This document shows positions 25,846-35,139 of a DNA stretch of 64,000 nucleotides, one piece after another. The stretch lies in the NCBI GenBank assembly GCA_017881055.1, contig JADGRF010000120.1, positions 489-64,488 on the forward strand, read 5' to 3'. The translations under genes were made by a program, and so were the position numbers. The DNA is from Sandaracinaceae bacterium. Lineage in GTDB: Bacteria > Myxococcota_A > Polyangia > Polyangiales > JAFGIB01. Every line of letters begins with the position of its first letter. Position 1 is the first letter of the stretch. The notes under the pieces were generated by a model. That model saw only the letters and a program-made list of their open reading frames with translations, was not told the origin of the DNA and searched no databases.

Positions 25846-27141
25846 TCAAGGCGCGGGCTGCACGACCGTGCTGCCGTCGATCATGACAGCGGTCTGCGCT
25901 AGCAGCCGGCCGTTGATCGAGGCACCGGTGCCGAGCGCGATCGACGTCTTGCAGAGCAACGTGCCTTCGAGGTGCGCAGTGGTCCCGAGTGTGGACTTGC
26001 CCGCGACCTGCCAGAAGACGTTCTTGGCGAGAGCTCCACCCGCGAGGTGGATGCGCTTGGCCGAGCTCACCGTGAGGTCCTTGGCGATCGCGAAGATCCA
26101 GACGTCCGTCGCGCTGCCCGTGAGCGTCACGTCAGTTGGGATCAGAAGTCCCGTGCCCCACTTGTACACGCCGGCGGTCAGCGTCATGCCGCCGATGTTG
26201 CCCGCGCCGAGCTCGGTGACGCTGGGTGCGCGCGACGCGGCGTCGGTGAACGCCAGCTGCATGTCGGCGATGGCTGTGGTCATGTTCGACGGTGTGGGTG
26301 CCGCGAAGTCGGCCGCGTAGATCTTGCCGACGACCTGAGGCGCCGTGGCATAGACGTTCGACGAGTGCTTGGTCAGCGAGAAGCCGGTGATGTACGTGGC
26401 CGCAGCCGGGCTCACGCCGATGTTGCCCGTGATGGCCGACTTGGGCACCGTGGAGATTCCGCTCTTCGCCAGAATCGCGAAGCCAGCGGCCGTGCGGAGG
26501 TTCACGGGCACACCGGGCGCGGCCGCAGCCCGGCCGGTCGTGAAGCTCCAGGTGAAGTCGTTCTGAAGCGTGCCGCCGGAAACGGCCTGTGCGCCGGTGG
26601 TGATCTTCGCGTGGAACACCCGGTTGCCGGAGAGCTGCGTGGCCGGCCAGAATACGGCTACCCCGTCCGCGTACATCACCGTGCCGCTGATCGGAGTGGT
26701 GTTGTTTCCAGCTGTCACGAGGAACGTGCTGGTGTTCAGGGTGGTTGCATCCATCGGCTCATCGAAGGTGCCGCTGACCGGCGCGTTCAGCGCGATGCCG
26801 GTGGCATCGGCGAGCGGCAAGGTGGAGACGACGGTCGGCGCGCCCACGCCGGTCCCGCCGTCATCTGCGTTGCTGCCGCTGCCCGCTGCGGAACCGCCTT
26901 TGCCTGCTGCGGAGCCGCTGCCCGCGCCAGCTCCGTTGCCTGCTGCGGAGCCATTGCCTGCAGATCCCGTGGAGCCCGCGGTCGCGCCCGCGTCGTTCTG
27001 GCTTCCTCCATCGCCCACGCCGTTCGAGCTCGAGCAGCCGTAGGCGGCTGCGAACAAGAGGGGCAGAAGGAGTAGAGAGGCGCCGATGTTCGACAGGTAT
27101 GTGCTGGATTTCTTGATAGTGGCGAGATTGTCGAGTTGCAT
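25846..27141 (-). CDS. DUF3494 (ice-binding-protein-like beta-solenoid) lipoprotein with Gly/Ser/Ala linker and Ig-like domain
   Basis: Lipobox LFAAAYGC. Low-complexity GS/GA linker. DUF3494-typical AAGFAILAKSGISTVPKSAITGNIGVSPAAATYITGF ... DVWIFAIAKDLTVSSAKRIHLAGGALAKNVFWQVAG. Confidence 0.8.
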   Translation of the reverse strand: MQLDNLATIKKSSTYLSNIGASLLLLPLLFAAAYGCSSSNGVGDGGSQNDAGATAGSTGSAGNGSAAGNGAGAGSGSAAGKGGSAAGSGSNADDGGTGVGAPTVVSTLPLADATGIALNAPVSGTFDEPMDATTLNTSTFLVTAGNNTTPISGTVMYADGVAVFWPATQLSGNRVFHAKITTGAQAVSGGTLQNDFTWSFTTGRAAAAPGVPVNLRTAAGFAILAKSGISTVPKSAITGNIGVSPAAATYITGFSLTKHSSNVYATAPQVVGKIYAADFAAPTPSNMTTAIADMQLAFTDAASRAPSVTELGAGNIGGMTLTAGVYKWGTGLLIPTDVTLTGSATDVWIFAIAKDLTVSSAKRIHLAGGALAKNVFWQVAGKSTLGTTAHLEGTLLCKTSIALGTGASINGRLLAQTAVMIDGSTVVQPAP

Positions 27142-27357
27142 GCCGCTCGTACTGCAAGAGGGCGACCAAGCGGTATTGATGCTGCTTGTTCACGCCGGCG
27201 CAGCAGCGCGGCTGATATTGGCGTCGCCAACCGGCGCCGCAGCTCTCCACCGACAGCCTTTGGTGGCCGTAGATCAAAAGCGCCCCGATGGGGCGTCGTT
27301 GCAGCTCGTTTGCGCGCTTCGAACGGAGCGCACCGCTGGAAACGCTCAGGAACGCGC

Positions 27358-27373
27358 TGGCACACGCTTCGCT
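27358..27373 (+). promoter_or_regulatory. Sigma-54-like -24/-12 element TGGCACACGCTTCGCT
   Basis: TGGCAC at -24 with correct spacing. The -12 element is TCGC (one mismatch). The C of GC is 14 nt from ATG 27386. Confidence 0.3.
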
Positions 27374-27385
27374 CTTAGCAAGACC

Positions 27386-27994
27386 ATGTGGTTACAAGCA
27401 CTCCTCACCCAAGCGGATATCCAGCACGTGTTCTCCGAGCTCACGCCCGTGAAGGTCTCGCTCGATGCGACTGATCCGGAGCGCTACCTATGGTTGGCGC
27501 AGCCGACGAGCGTCGAGATAGTCGATAACCAGAGCTTGCGCTTGGTCACCTCGGGGAAGCTGCAGTGGGACCTCGTCGGCCTCACGCTGCCGGTCGCACT
27601 TCGTACGATCTCCCTGCGTGCCACGCCGGCCATCGAGCGCCAAGACGGTCACGATGTGATCACGTTCGGTGTGCAGATCGAAGACGCCGATCTGTCCGCG
27701 GTGCCGGGTTTCCTCGAGACGCCGCTGATCGCGCGCATCAACGAGACGCTGCAGGCACGCCACACTCAGATCGTTTGGCGCTTCGGCGAGACGCTCGACT
27801 TTCACTTCCAGATGCCCGCGCTGAGCGAGCCACGCCGCAGCGTGCACCTATTCGCGCGCGACGGTGCCGTGCGTTTCTCCGACGAGGGTCTGGTAATCGC
27901 CGCGTCGTTCGAGCTCGCCGCGCACACTCAGGGCTCGGCCCCCGAGGAACCGAGGCCGGCAGACGTGCAGGAGAGCGCCGCGTCTGCCGCCTGA
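27386..27994 (+). CDS. Hypothetical protein
   Basis: 202 aa from ATG 27386 (MWLQALLTQADIQHVFSELTPVKVSLD...). Good third-position bias. No family recognised. Confidence 0.5.
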   Translation: MWLQALLTQADIQHVFSELTPVKVSLDATDPERYLWLAQPTSVEIVDNQSLRLVTSGKLQWDLVGLTLPVALRTISLRATPAIERQDGHDVITFGVQIEDADLSAVPGFLETPLIARINETLQARHTQIVWRFGETLDFHFQMPALSEPRRSVHLFARDGAVRFSDEGLVIAASFELAAHTQGSAPEEPRPADVQESAASAA

Positions 27995-28069
27995 CCGACC
28001 CGGCGCTCGCGCCGGACCGACGGCGCCAGGCCGTCGCCAGGTCGCGAAAACCCGCGTACCCTGCGCTTC

Positions 28070-29455
28070 ATGGTGCATGTCTTCGCGCGCGTCGTGATCT
28101 TCGGTTCGATCTTTGCTGCCTGTTCAGCCGGTGACACCCCGCCACGTGACGCCGCGATCGAAGCCGGTGCGCGAGGTCCGTGTGCGATGGCCAGCGCGAA
28201 GCTCGCGACCCGTCGCGACGCGTGCGAGTTCGCCGCCGGAGCGGCCGCACGCGATACGATCGGCGCGTGCACGGGCAAAGCGATCCCGATCGAGCACGTG
28301 ATCGTGATCATGCAAGAGAACCGCTCGTTCGATCACTACTTCGGTCACTTGCCGGGGCACGGACAGGACGACGTGGACGTACCCGCCAAATCCGCGACGA
28401 ATCCTGCTCCGGATGGGAAGTCGACGATCGCCTGGCACCACGAGAACCAATATTGCGTCGAGGACACGGATCACGGCTGGGCAGGCAGCCACACCGAGCT
28501 CGACCACGGCAAGAACGACGGCTTCGCGCTTGCCAACGTCACCATGGGCGATCCGACTGGCCAGCGTGCCCTGGGCTATTTCGATCAGAGCGACCTGCCG
28601 TTTTACTACGCGCTGGCGTCGCAGTTCGCGATCTCGGATCGCTACTTCAGCTCGGCGCTGGCTTCCACGTACCCGAACCGTTTCTTTCTGCTTGCGGGCA
28701 CATCGTTCGGCATTGTCAGCACGAAGCCCAGCATGCTCGCTCCCGAGGGCGCGCTGCAGATCTTCCGGGAGCTGACCGACGCCAGCGTGAGCTGGAAGGT
28801 GTACAAGACCGACCTGCCGAGCATCTACTTGTTTCCGAAATACGGTGACGCCCCCGCGCAGGCGAGCCACATCGTGAACGCGACGCAGTTCGAGACGGAC
28901 GCGATGAATGGCGAGCTACCGCAGGTTGCATTCCTCGACGCGGGTTTCGAGCAAACCGCCGATGTCGAGACCGACGAGCACGAGCCGGCGAACATCCAGC
29001 TCGGTCAACACTACGTCTGGGAAAAGGTGATGGCCGTGATGAAGGGCCCGCAGTGGGCGTCGTCCGCTATCTTCCTGACGTACGACGAACACGGTGGTCT
29101 GTACGACCACGTGAATCCGCCGGCCGCGTGCGCGCCGGACGCCACACCGCCTGCGTTGCAACCCGAACTCGGTGGTTTCGATCAGCTGGGCTTTCGTGTC
29201 CCGTTGGTCGTGATCTCGCCGTACGCGAAACGCCATTTCGTCTCGCACCTGGTGCACAGCCACACTTCCGTAACGCGCTTCATCGAAGCCAAGTTCGAGC
29301 TGCCCGCGATGACTCGGCGTGACGCCAACTCCGATGCCATGCTCGATCTGTTCGACTTCGAGGCCGCACCGCGGCTCGAGGTGCCGAAGCTTGCCGAGCC
29401 TGTCGTGAGTCCAAGCAAGCTTGCGGCGTGCCGAAAAGCGTTCCCGCCAAAGTGA
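28070..29455 (+). CDS. Phosphoesterase-family protein (phospholipase C / acid phosphatase AcpA type), lipoprotein
   Basis: Lipobox IFAAC. Family signature HVIVIMQENRSFDHYFGHLPG. YDEHGGLYDHV. Confidence 0.85.
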   Translation: MVHVFARVVIFGSIFAACSAGDTPPRDAAIEAGARGPCAMASAKLATRRDACEFAAGAAARDTIGACTGKAIPIEHVIVIMQENRSFDHYFGHLPGHGQDDVDVPAKSATNPAPDGKSTIAWHHENQYCVEDTDHGWAGSHTELDHGKNDGFALANVTMGDPTGQRALGYFDQSDLPFYYALASQFAISDRYFSSALASTYPNRFFLLAGTSFGIVSTKPSMLAPEGALQIFRELTDASVSWKVYKTDLPSIYLFPKYGDAPAQASHIVNATQFETDAMNGELPQVAFLDAGFEQTADVETDEHEPANIQLGQHYVWEKVMAVMKGPQWASSAIFLTYDEHGGLYDHVNPPAACAPDATPPALQPELGGFDQLGFRVPLVVISPYAKRHFVSHLVHSHTSVTRFIEAKFELPAMTRRDANSDAMLDLFDFEAAPRLEVPKLAEPVVSPSKLAACRKAFPPK

Positions 29456-29476
29456 GCTAACGGGCACGCAGCTATT

Positions 29477-30568
29477 TCAGTGAACTGGGAAATGATCGGT
29501 GCCACGGAGAACTTGTCCGTGGTCCGGATCGATGACCCAGACGTGGCCGCGGTCGTCTGCAGCTACAGAGAAGCCGCGGTCCGCACCGGGCAGCTTTCCG
29601 AGCAGGCTCAGCGTGCCGCTATCGTCGACGGCCATGACGAAGACTTCCTGTGTATTGCCGCTCGCGGAATAGACGTGCTTGAGGCTCGGGCTGTACGCGA
29701 GGATGTTCGTGCCTTTGCCGCCATTGAGGCGCGACAGGGTCGCTCCGTGGTTCCTCGCGTCGAGCACCACGACGTCTCCGCTGTCACCGCACGACACGAA
29801 CGCGAAGCCGCGTTCTTCATCCATGGTCACACCGAGTGCGAGCCCACAGCCGTTGTTCCAAGTCTCGACGATCTTCTTCGTCTTCAGGTCGATTACGTGG
29901 GTCTTTCCACCGAAGAAGGTATTTGTATAGGCATGCCCGCGAGCTTCATCGATGGCCAGAGACTCGGGGCCAGACGCGACCGCGAATGAGCCGGCCTTCA
30001 CGGGGGTTGGCGTTCCGCTCGCGGGCAGGGAGTAGAAGTCGATCGCCGAGGCGGACGGGTTGGTGACCCACAGCTCGTGCATGGACGGCACGTAGTGCAC
30101 GTAGTCGGACGCGCCACCTAGCGCGACCGACGCCACGATGGTGGCGGCCACGGGATCGAGAATGTCCAACGTCTTGGCTGTGCAGTCGAGGGCAGCGACG
30201 TACTCCCCTGCTTCCGTGGCGGACGTGGAGCCATAGCGAGTGCCCGCACGCACGGTGCCTGTCCCTGGAACCGGTTTGTAGTTGTCGCTGCCTTGCAATC
30301 CTGTGATCTCGGTGATGGCCGAGGTGTCGGGATCGATCAACACCACGCTGCCGGTGCGCCCAGCCGGCACGATCACCTTGCGTAGCCCGGGACCGAACTG
30401 GATGTCGTCGAACTCGATGCCCGGCGCACCCCGCGGCAGCATCACGGGACCATTCGGCAGGTCTTTGACGTGTCCGTCGACAGCTGCATCGCCCGCGCCC
30501 GTAGTGCTGGAGCACCCCGATGCCGCAATCCACATCAAGCCGAGAACAGGATACCACGTGTTTCGCAT
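29477..30568 (-). CDS. Beta-propeller (YVTN/YncE-like) lipoprotein
   Basis: MRNTWYPVLGLMWIAASGCSS lipobox. Repeated strand-rich modules (VVLIDPDT, LDILDP, LWVTNP, THVIDLKT, VVVLDAR, VFVMAVDD, VWVIDPD). Confidence 0.75.
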   Translation of the reverse strand: MRNTWYPVLGLMWIAASGCSSTTGAGDAAVDGHVKDLPNGPVMLPRGAPGIEFDDIQFGPGLRKVIVPAGRTGSVVLIDPDTSAITEITGLQGSDNYKPVPGTGTVRAGTRYGSTSATEAGEYVAALDCTAKTLDILDPVAATIVASVALGGASDYVHYVPSMHELWVTNPSASAIDFYSLPASGTPTPVKAGSFAVASGPESLAIDEARGHAYTNTFFGGKTHVIDLKTKKIVETWNNGCGLALGVTMDEERGFAFVSCGDSGDVVVLDARNHGATLSRLNGGKGTNILAYSPSLKHVYSASGNTQEVFVMAVDDSGTLSLLGKLPGADRGFSVAADDRGHVWVIDPDHGQVLRGTDHFPVH

Positions 30569-31051
30569 GATTCAGGCCCCTCCATCATCGATGGCGATTC
30601 GGGTTCCCCACAAAGAGGTGCAACCATTCATGCCATTTCAACAGGGCGACCTACACGGGTCAAGGCTGTCCCCGGTCAAAGACTGTCACTCCGGACGACA
30701 GCGGGTCGGCGGACTCTGCAAGATCGCGCGCGGTGAGTGCTCTCCGTGGTATCTAAGCGCCGTCGTGCGCAAACCTCGTCGGTCAAGGACGCAGCGCCGA
30801 GCCGACACGCCTGCTCGCAGAGCTGCTCCGAGCTGCGGCTGATGAAAGACCTGAGCCGGCATGACGAACCTGCTTGGTTATGAATACCCGCGCTTCATCG
30901 GCGATGCTGCGGTGTGCACGCCATCGCCGACTTTTGCGCGCAGGCTCACGATCTACGATCCGATCCGCAAGGGCCCGACGCTCGCCTGCGACTACAAGAA
31001 CGCTCCAGCGATCGAAACCAGCTCGCTGTGCAGCAGCTGCGAGGCTCGCCG

Positions 31052-31552
31052 TCAGTCTGGTTGCGCATGCGCGTGCGCAGGTGCGAGCCGGGTCAGCGCG
31101 GCGCGCTGCTCGGCGTTGAGCTCTGGGCTGTCGATCGCTTCGCCGTAGGCGGCTCCGAGCTCCTCGCGCATGACGCTCAGCGCGTCTTTCGCGGTGGCGT
31201 CGGAGCGTGCGTTGGCCACCGCATCGAGGCCTTGCGGCAGGATGTCGCGGCATTCATCGACGGTTGGAGGCGAGCCGCCCAGGCTCGTGATCAGCCTCGC
31301 GAGCGCCTGCTGGCGCTCCTGATGCGTGATCGCGTGCTCGCGCACGTGCGCCGCGAACGACTCGTCGCGCAGCACGTGCGCCGCGCTCGCGCAGGCCTGA
31401 CTCGCGTTTTGTTCGGCCTCGCTCAGTCGCGAGAGCAGCGCGATCACCTGCGGATCGCCGCTCCTCGTGGGGTGCAGAAACTCGCGACTCGCGCGCTCGT
31501 AGCTCGGCGAGCGGGGACTGACCAGAGGTGGATAATGACTATCGTTGAACAT
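31052..31552 (-). CDS. Four-helix-bundle, ferritin-like (DUF2383/PA2169-like) protein; assignment tentative
   Basis: ATG 31552 (MFNDSHYPP...). All-helical composition. Overlaps the upstream PRC gene's 3' end by 14 nt. Confidence 0.55.
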   Translation of the reverse strand: MFNDSHYPPLVSPRSPSYERASREFLHPTRSGDPQVIALLSRLSEAEQNASQACASAAHVLRDESFAAHVREHAITHQERQQALARLITSLGGSPPTVDECRDILPQGLDAVANARSDATAKDALSVMREELGAAYGEAIDSPELNAEQRAALTRLAPAHAHAQPD

Positions 31553-32378
31553 GATGGGCTCCATGAGTTGCGTCCGAGGGCTGTTGCTCGGGGGGCTGCC
31601 GTACAGGCTTGGCCACCGGAGTCGCGCCACCCTCCCAATAGATAGCTCGCCCATAGTAATCGTAGAGGCGCTCCTCATATTCCCTGTCGACCGGCGCTTC
31701 TGCGTTCCACTCGGGGCTGTCCTTGATCTGATCGCGCGTGAGATCGACGTCGATCTTCTTTTCGGACCAGTCGACGCGGCTCGTCCAGTGCGGGGCGATT
31801 AGCACTTTTCTGCCGAACCACCAGTGGCTGGTGTCGACGACCAGGTAGCGCACCTGCCAGCTCTCGTCGTCGACGATAAAGTCCACGACGTGGCCGACGG
31901 CGGCGTCTTTGCCCTGGATGTGATAGCCGCGTAGCTCGTTGACGCTGCGCAGGTGCATGTCGTCGCGAGCTTCCACTTCCAGCGGCGAAGGCGCGCTTTG
32001 CGTCGTGGAAGTCAGTAAGCCCGGATGACCGCCCATGCCCCAGACGCCCGAGTAGCCCCAGTAATGCGGATAGCCGTGGTACTTGGAGTAGTCGCGCTCG
32101 TGCTGACGTGAGACAGGTTTGTCGAGCTCGACGCTCGGGCTGTTCTCGATCTTGTCTTTCGTGAGGTCGAGGTGGAAGCGTTGCGTGCCCCAGTTGGCTT
32201 TGCGAAAGAACACTGGCGAGATGAGCACGCGGCGCCTGCCGAGTAAGCCACCTGTTTCGGCCACCAAGTAGCGAACGGTCCAGTGTTCGTCGTCCAGCAG
32301 GAAGTCCGCGACCCGGCCGATATCGCCGTCGCGGGCGCTGATCAGATACTTCTCGATGGCTTTGAGACTGCGCAACAT
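31539..32378 (-). CDS. Tandem PRC-barrel domain protein
   Basis: ATG 32378. Two copies of the pattern GDIGRVADFLLDDEHWTVRYLVAETG / AAVGHVVDFIVDDESWQVRYLVVDTS, each followed by ...LTKDKIENSP / LTRDQIKDSP. Confidence 0.8.
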   Translation of the reverse strand: MLRSLKAIEKYLISARDGDIGRVADFLLDDEHWTVRYLVAETGGLLGRRRVLISPVFFRKANWGTQRFHLDLTKDKIENSPSVELDKPVSRQHERDYSKYHGYPHYWGYSGVWGMGGHPGLLTSTTQSAPSPLEVEARDDMHLRSVNELRGYHIQGKDAAVGHVVDFIVDDESWQVRYLVVDTSHWWFGRKVLIAPHWTSRVDWSEKKIDVDLTRDQIKDSPEWNAEAPVDREYEERLYDYYGRAIYWEGGATPVAKPVRQPPEQQPSDATHGAHHVQR

Positions 32379-32444
32379 GGCTGTTGTCCTCCGACACGCG
32401 CACGTGCCTCGACCTGCGTGGTTGAAGTGCGTGCGGAGGTGAGG

Positions 32445-32460
32445 TGCATAATGGGTGCCA
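32445..32460 (-). promoter_or_regulatory. Sigma-54-like -24/-12 element TGGCACCCATTATGCA upstream of the PRC-barrel operon
   Basis: TGGCAC, exact spacing, ATGC at -12 (one mismatch). About 55-nt predicted leader. Located just after hairpin 32494-32520. Confidence 0.4.
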
Positions 32461-32493
32461 CGCGCGGGAGTGCGCGTGGACGGCGTAGGAAGC

Positions 32494-32520
32494 AACACCG
32501 CGCGCGTGGGGCGCGGTGTT
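32494..32520 (-). terminator. Hairpin AACACCGCGC-N7-GCGCGGTGTT closing the xfp operon
   Basis: Perfect 10-bp stem and 7-nt loop. It starts at the stop codon of the 23-codon tail ORF (32520-32591). Weak U content afterwards. Confidence 0.5.
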
Positions 32521-32632
32521 CACTTTGCGAGCTTCTTGCGCAGTGCCTGCAGCTCCTGCTGCCGTTTTGCGCCGGCCTTCGGATAGGCCATCTCCAGCCC
32601 GTTGAATGTGTCGAGAATGACCTGTGAGACAA

Positions 32633-32749
32633 TTAAGCGCGCGTTCTGTTGTACACGGGTGGCAGCTGACGCTCGAAGCACACGTCCACGACGCTGCCGC
32701 GCACGGCGACGATACGACCCTGGTTCGTGCCGGCGCCTTCTTCGTTCAT
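32633..32749 (-). pseudogene. Orphan N-terminal fragment (38 codons) of an F1-ATPase beta subunit (atpD-like)
   Basis: [38 protein letters not shown]. The stretch G(K/R)IV.V.G.VVDV.F....P.VY is the hallmark AtpD N-terminal beta-barrel start (E. coli: [27 protein letters not shown]). Its ATG overlaps the xfp TGA as ATGA (32746-32749). Confidence 0.55.
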
Positions 32750-35139
32750 GCTTGCCCGGGTCGTGCTCCCGCCTGCGTCGCGCCCCAGCTCCAGTCCCGG
32801 ATCTCCGGCATGTCTTGTCCGTTCGTGTCGATGTAGCGCTTGTGCTCGAGCAGCTTGGTCGCGAGCTGGCGCTTGAGCGCCTGCCCTCGCTCGCCGGTCT
32901 GCGGCAGGCGATCGATCGTGTCCATCACCAGATGAAAGCGATCGAGCTCGTTCAGCACCGTCATGTCGAATGGCGTGGTGATCGTGCCTTCTTCTTTGTA
33001 ACCACGGACGTGGAAGTTGTCGTGGTTGGTGCGCCGGTAGGTGAGGCGATGGATCAGCCACGGATAGGCGTGAAACGCGAAGACCACGTGCTTGTCCTTG
33101 GTGAACAGCGCGTCGAACGCGTCGTCGTGCAGGCCATGCGGGTGCTCGCTCGCGGGTTGCAGGCGCATCAGGTCCACCACGTTGACCACACGGATCTTCA
33201 GCTCGGGCAGGTTCGCGCGCAGGATGGACACCGCGGCGAGCGTCTCGAGCGTGGGCACGTCGCCGCAGCAGGCCATCACCACGTCGGGTCCTTCGCCCTG
33301 ATCGTTGCTGGCCCAGTCCCAGACGCCAATGCCGGCTGCGCAGTGCTCGACAGCTGCATCCATCGCCAGCCACTGCGGCGCCGGGTGCTTGCCCGCGACC
33401 ACCACGTTCACGTAGTGCCGGCTGCGCAGGCAGTGATCCATCACGGACAATAGGCAGTTCGCGTCCGGCGGCAGATACACGCGCACGATCTCGGCCTTCT
33501 TGTTGACCACGTGATCGATGAAGCCGGGATCCTGATGCGTGAAGCCGTTGTGGTCCTGGCGCCAGACGTGCGAGGCAAGCAGGTAGTTGAGCGACGCGAT
33601 CTTGCGCCGCCAGGGCAGACCGGCCGTGACCTTCAGCCACTTGGCGTGCTGGTTGAACATCGAATCCACGATGTGAACGAACGCTTCGTAGCAGTTGAAG
33701 AGGCCGTGCCGTCCGGTGAGCAGGTAGCCCTCGAGCCAGCCTTCGCACTGGTGCTCGCTCAGCATCTCCATCACGCGGCCGCTCGGCGCGAGCCACTGAT
33801 CGTTGGGTAGCGTTGCGGCTTGCCACTGCCGCTCGGTCGCGCCGAACACCGCTTCCAGGCCGTTCGACACCGTCTCGTCCGGGCCGAACAGGCGGAAGTT
33901 GCGCTGCTCGCGGTTGAGCTTCACGACGTCGCGCAGGAACGGGCCGAGCACGCGTGTGTCGCCGATGCCGCGTACGCCCGGCGTCGGCACCGCCGCCGCA
34001 TACTCGCGGAAGTCCGGTAGCTGCAGGTCGCGCAGCAGTAGGCCACCGTTCGCATGCGGGTTCGCGCCCATGCGGCGTTCGCCCTTCGGCGCGAGTGCTG
34101 CGAGCTCCGGTCGCAGCCGGCCCAGCGCGTCGAACAGCTCTTCGGGCCGGTAGCTCTTCAGCCACTGTTCCAGCTGCGCGAGATGCTCGGGGTGCGCGGC
34201 GGGATCGGACAGCGGCACCTGGTGCGAGCGGAACGTGCCCTCGATCGGCAGGCCGTCGACGAACTTTGGTCCGGTCCAGCCCTTCGGTGAGTCGAGCACG
34301 ATCATCGGCCAGCGCGGGCGCGCGGTGTCGTCGTGCGTGCGCGCGAGCTGTTGGATCGCTTTGATCTGCTCGACCGCCTTGTCGAGCGCGGCGGCCATCG
34401 CCTGGTGCATCAGCGCCGGCTCGTGCCCGGAGACGAACAGCGGAGTCCAGCCGTAGCCGTACAGCAGCTGCTCCAGCTCCTCGTGCGTGATGCGTGCGAG
34501 CAGCGTCGGATTCGCGATCTTGTAGCCGTTCAAGTGCAAGATCGGCAGGACCGCGCCATCGTGCACCGGATCGAGGAACTTGTTGGAGTGCCAGGCAGTG
34601 GCGAGCGGCCCGGTCTCCGCTTCACCGTCGCCGACCACGCACGCCACGATCAGCTGCGGGTTGTCGAACACGGCGCCGAACGAGTGACTGAGCGAGTAGC
34701 CCAGCTCGCCGCCTTCGTGGATCGAGCCGGGGCACTCCGGTGACGCGTGGCTCGGGATGCCGCCCGGAAACGAAAACTGAAGAAATAGCTTCTGCAGCCC
34801 GGCTTCGTCCTGGCTGATGTTCGGATAGATCTCGCTGTACGTGCCTTCCAGGTACGTGTTCGCGACCACGGCAGGCCCGCCGTGACCGGGGCCCGAGACG
34901 TAGATCATGTCCAGGTCATATTTGGTGATCACGCGGTTCAGGTGCGCGTAGATGAAATTCTGTCCGGGCGTCGTGCCCCAATGCCCGAGCAGCATGTGCT
35001 TCACGTCCCCGATCGTGAGCGGACGCTTGAGCAGCGGGTTGTCGAACAGGTAGATCTGTCCGACCGACAGATAGTTCGCGGCTCGCCAATAGGCATCGAT
35101 CCTGTCCAGTAGCTCGGCAGAGAGGGGCGTCGGGTCCAT
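32746..35139 (-). CDS. xfp: Xylulose-5-phosphate/fructose-6-phosphate phosphoketolase
   Basis: 797 aa. [25 protein letters not shown] and [10 protein letters not shown] motifs. Confidence 0.95.
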   Translation of the reverse strand: MDPTPLSAELLDRIDAYWRAANYLSVGQIYLFDNPLLKRPLTIGDVKHMLLGHWGTTPGQNFIYAHLNRVITKYDLDMIYVSGPGHGGPAVVANTYLEGTYSEIYPNISQDEAGLQKLFLQFSFPGGIPSHASPECPGSIHEGGELGYSLSHSFGAVFDNPQLIVACVVGDGEAETGPLATAWHSNKFLDPVHDGAVLPILHLNGYKIANPTLLARITHEELEQLLYGYGWTPLFVSGHEPALMHQAMAAALDKAVEQIKAIQQLARTHDDTARPRWPMIVLDSPKGWTGPKFVDGLPIEGTFRSHQVPLSDPAAHPEHLAQLEQWLKSYRPEELFDALGRLRPELAALAPKGERRMGANPHANGGLLLRDLQLPDFREYAAAVPTPGVRGIGDTRVLGPFLRDVVKLNREQRNFRLFGPDETVSNGLEAVFGATERQWQAATLPNDQWLAPSGRVMEMLSEHQCEGWLEGYLLTGRHGLFNCYEAFVHIVDSMFNQHAKWLKVTAGLPWRRKIASLNYLLASHVWRQDHNGFTHQDPGFIDHVVNKKAEIVRVYLPPDANCLLSVMDHCLRSRHYVNVVVAGKHPAPQWLAMDAAVEHCAAGIGVWDWASNDQGEGPDVVMACCGDVPTLETLAAVSILRANLPELKIRVVNVVDLMRLQPASEHPHGLHDDAFDALFTKDKHVVFAFHAYPWLIHRLTYRRTNHDNFHVRGYKEEGTITTPFDMTVLNELDRFHLVMDTIDRLPQTGERGQALKRQLATKLLEHKRYIDTNGQDMPEIRDWSWGATQAGARPGQA

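Noticed and set aside
30618-30634. TGGCATGAATGGTTGCA on the minus strand upstream of the beta-propeller lipoprotein gene, resembling a sigma-54 promoter
   Set aside because: The GG-to-GC spacing is 11 nt instead of the strictly conserved 10 nt, so I did not call it.
30861-31148. 95-aa plus-strand ORF (MTNLLGYEYPRFIGDAAVCTPSPTFARRL...CSSCEARRQSG...) in the 480-bp spacer
   Set aside because: It has no Shine-Dalgarno sequence and only moderate third-position bias. Its last ~97 nt would overlap the convergent ferritin-like gene. The loose C-X2-C resemblance to zinc-ribbon proteins is not enough. It may deserve a blastp check.
32520-32591. 23-codon tail ORF (MAYPKAGAKRQQELQALRKKLAK) considered as the C-terminus of the deleted ATPase gene
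   Set aside because: I could not align it convincingly to the C-termini of the beta, gamma or epsilon subunits from memory. It is left unassigned.
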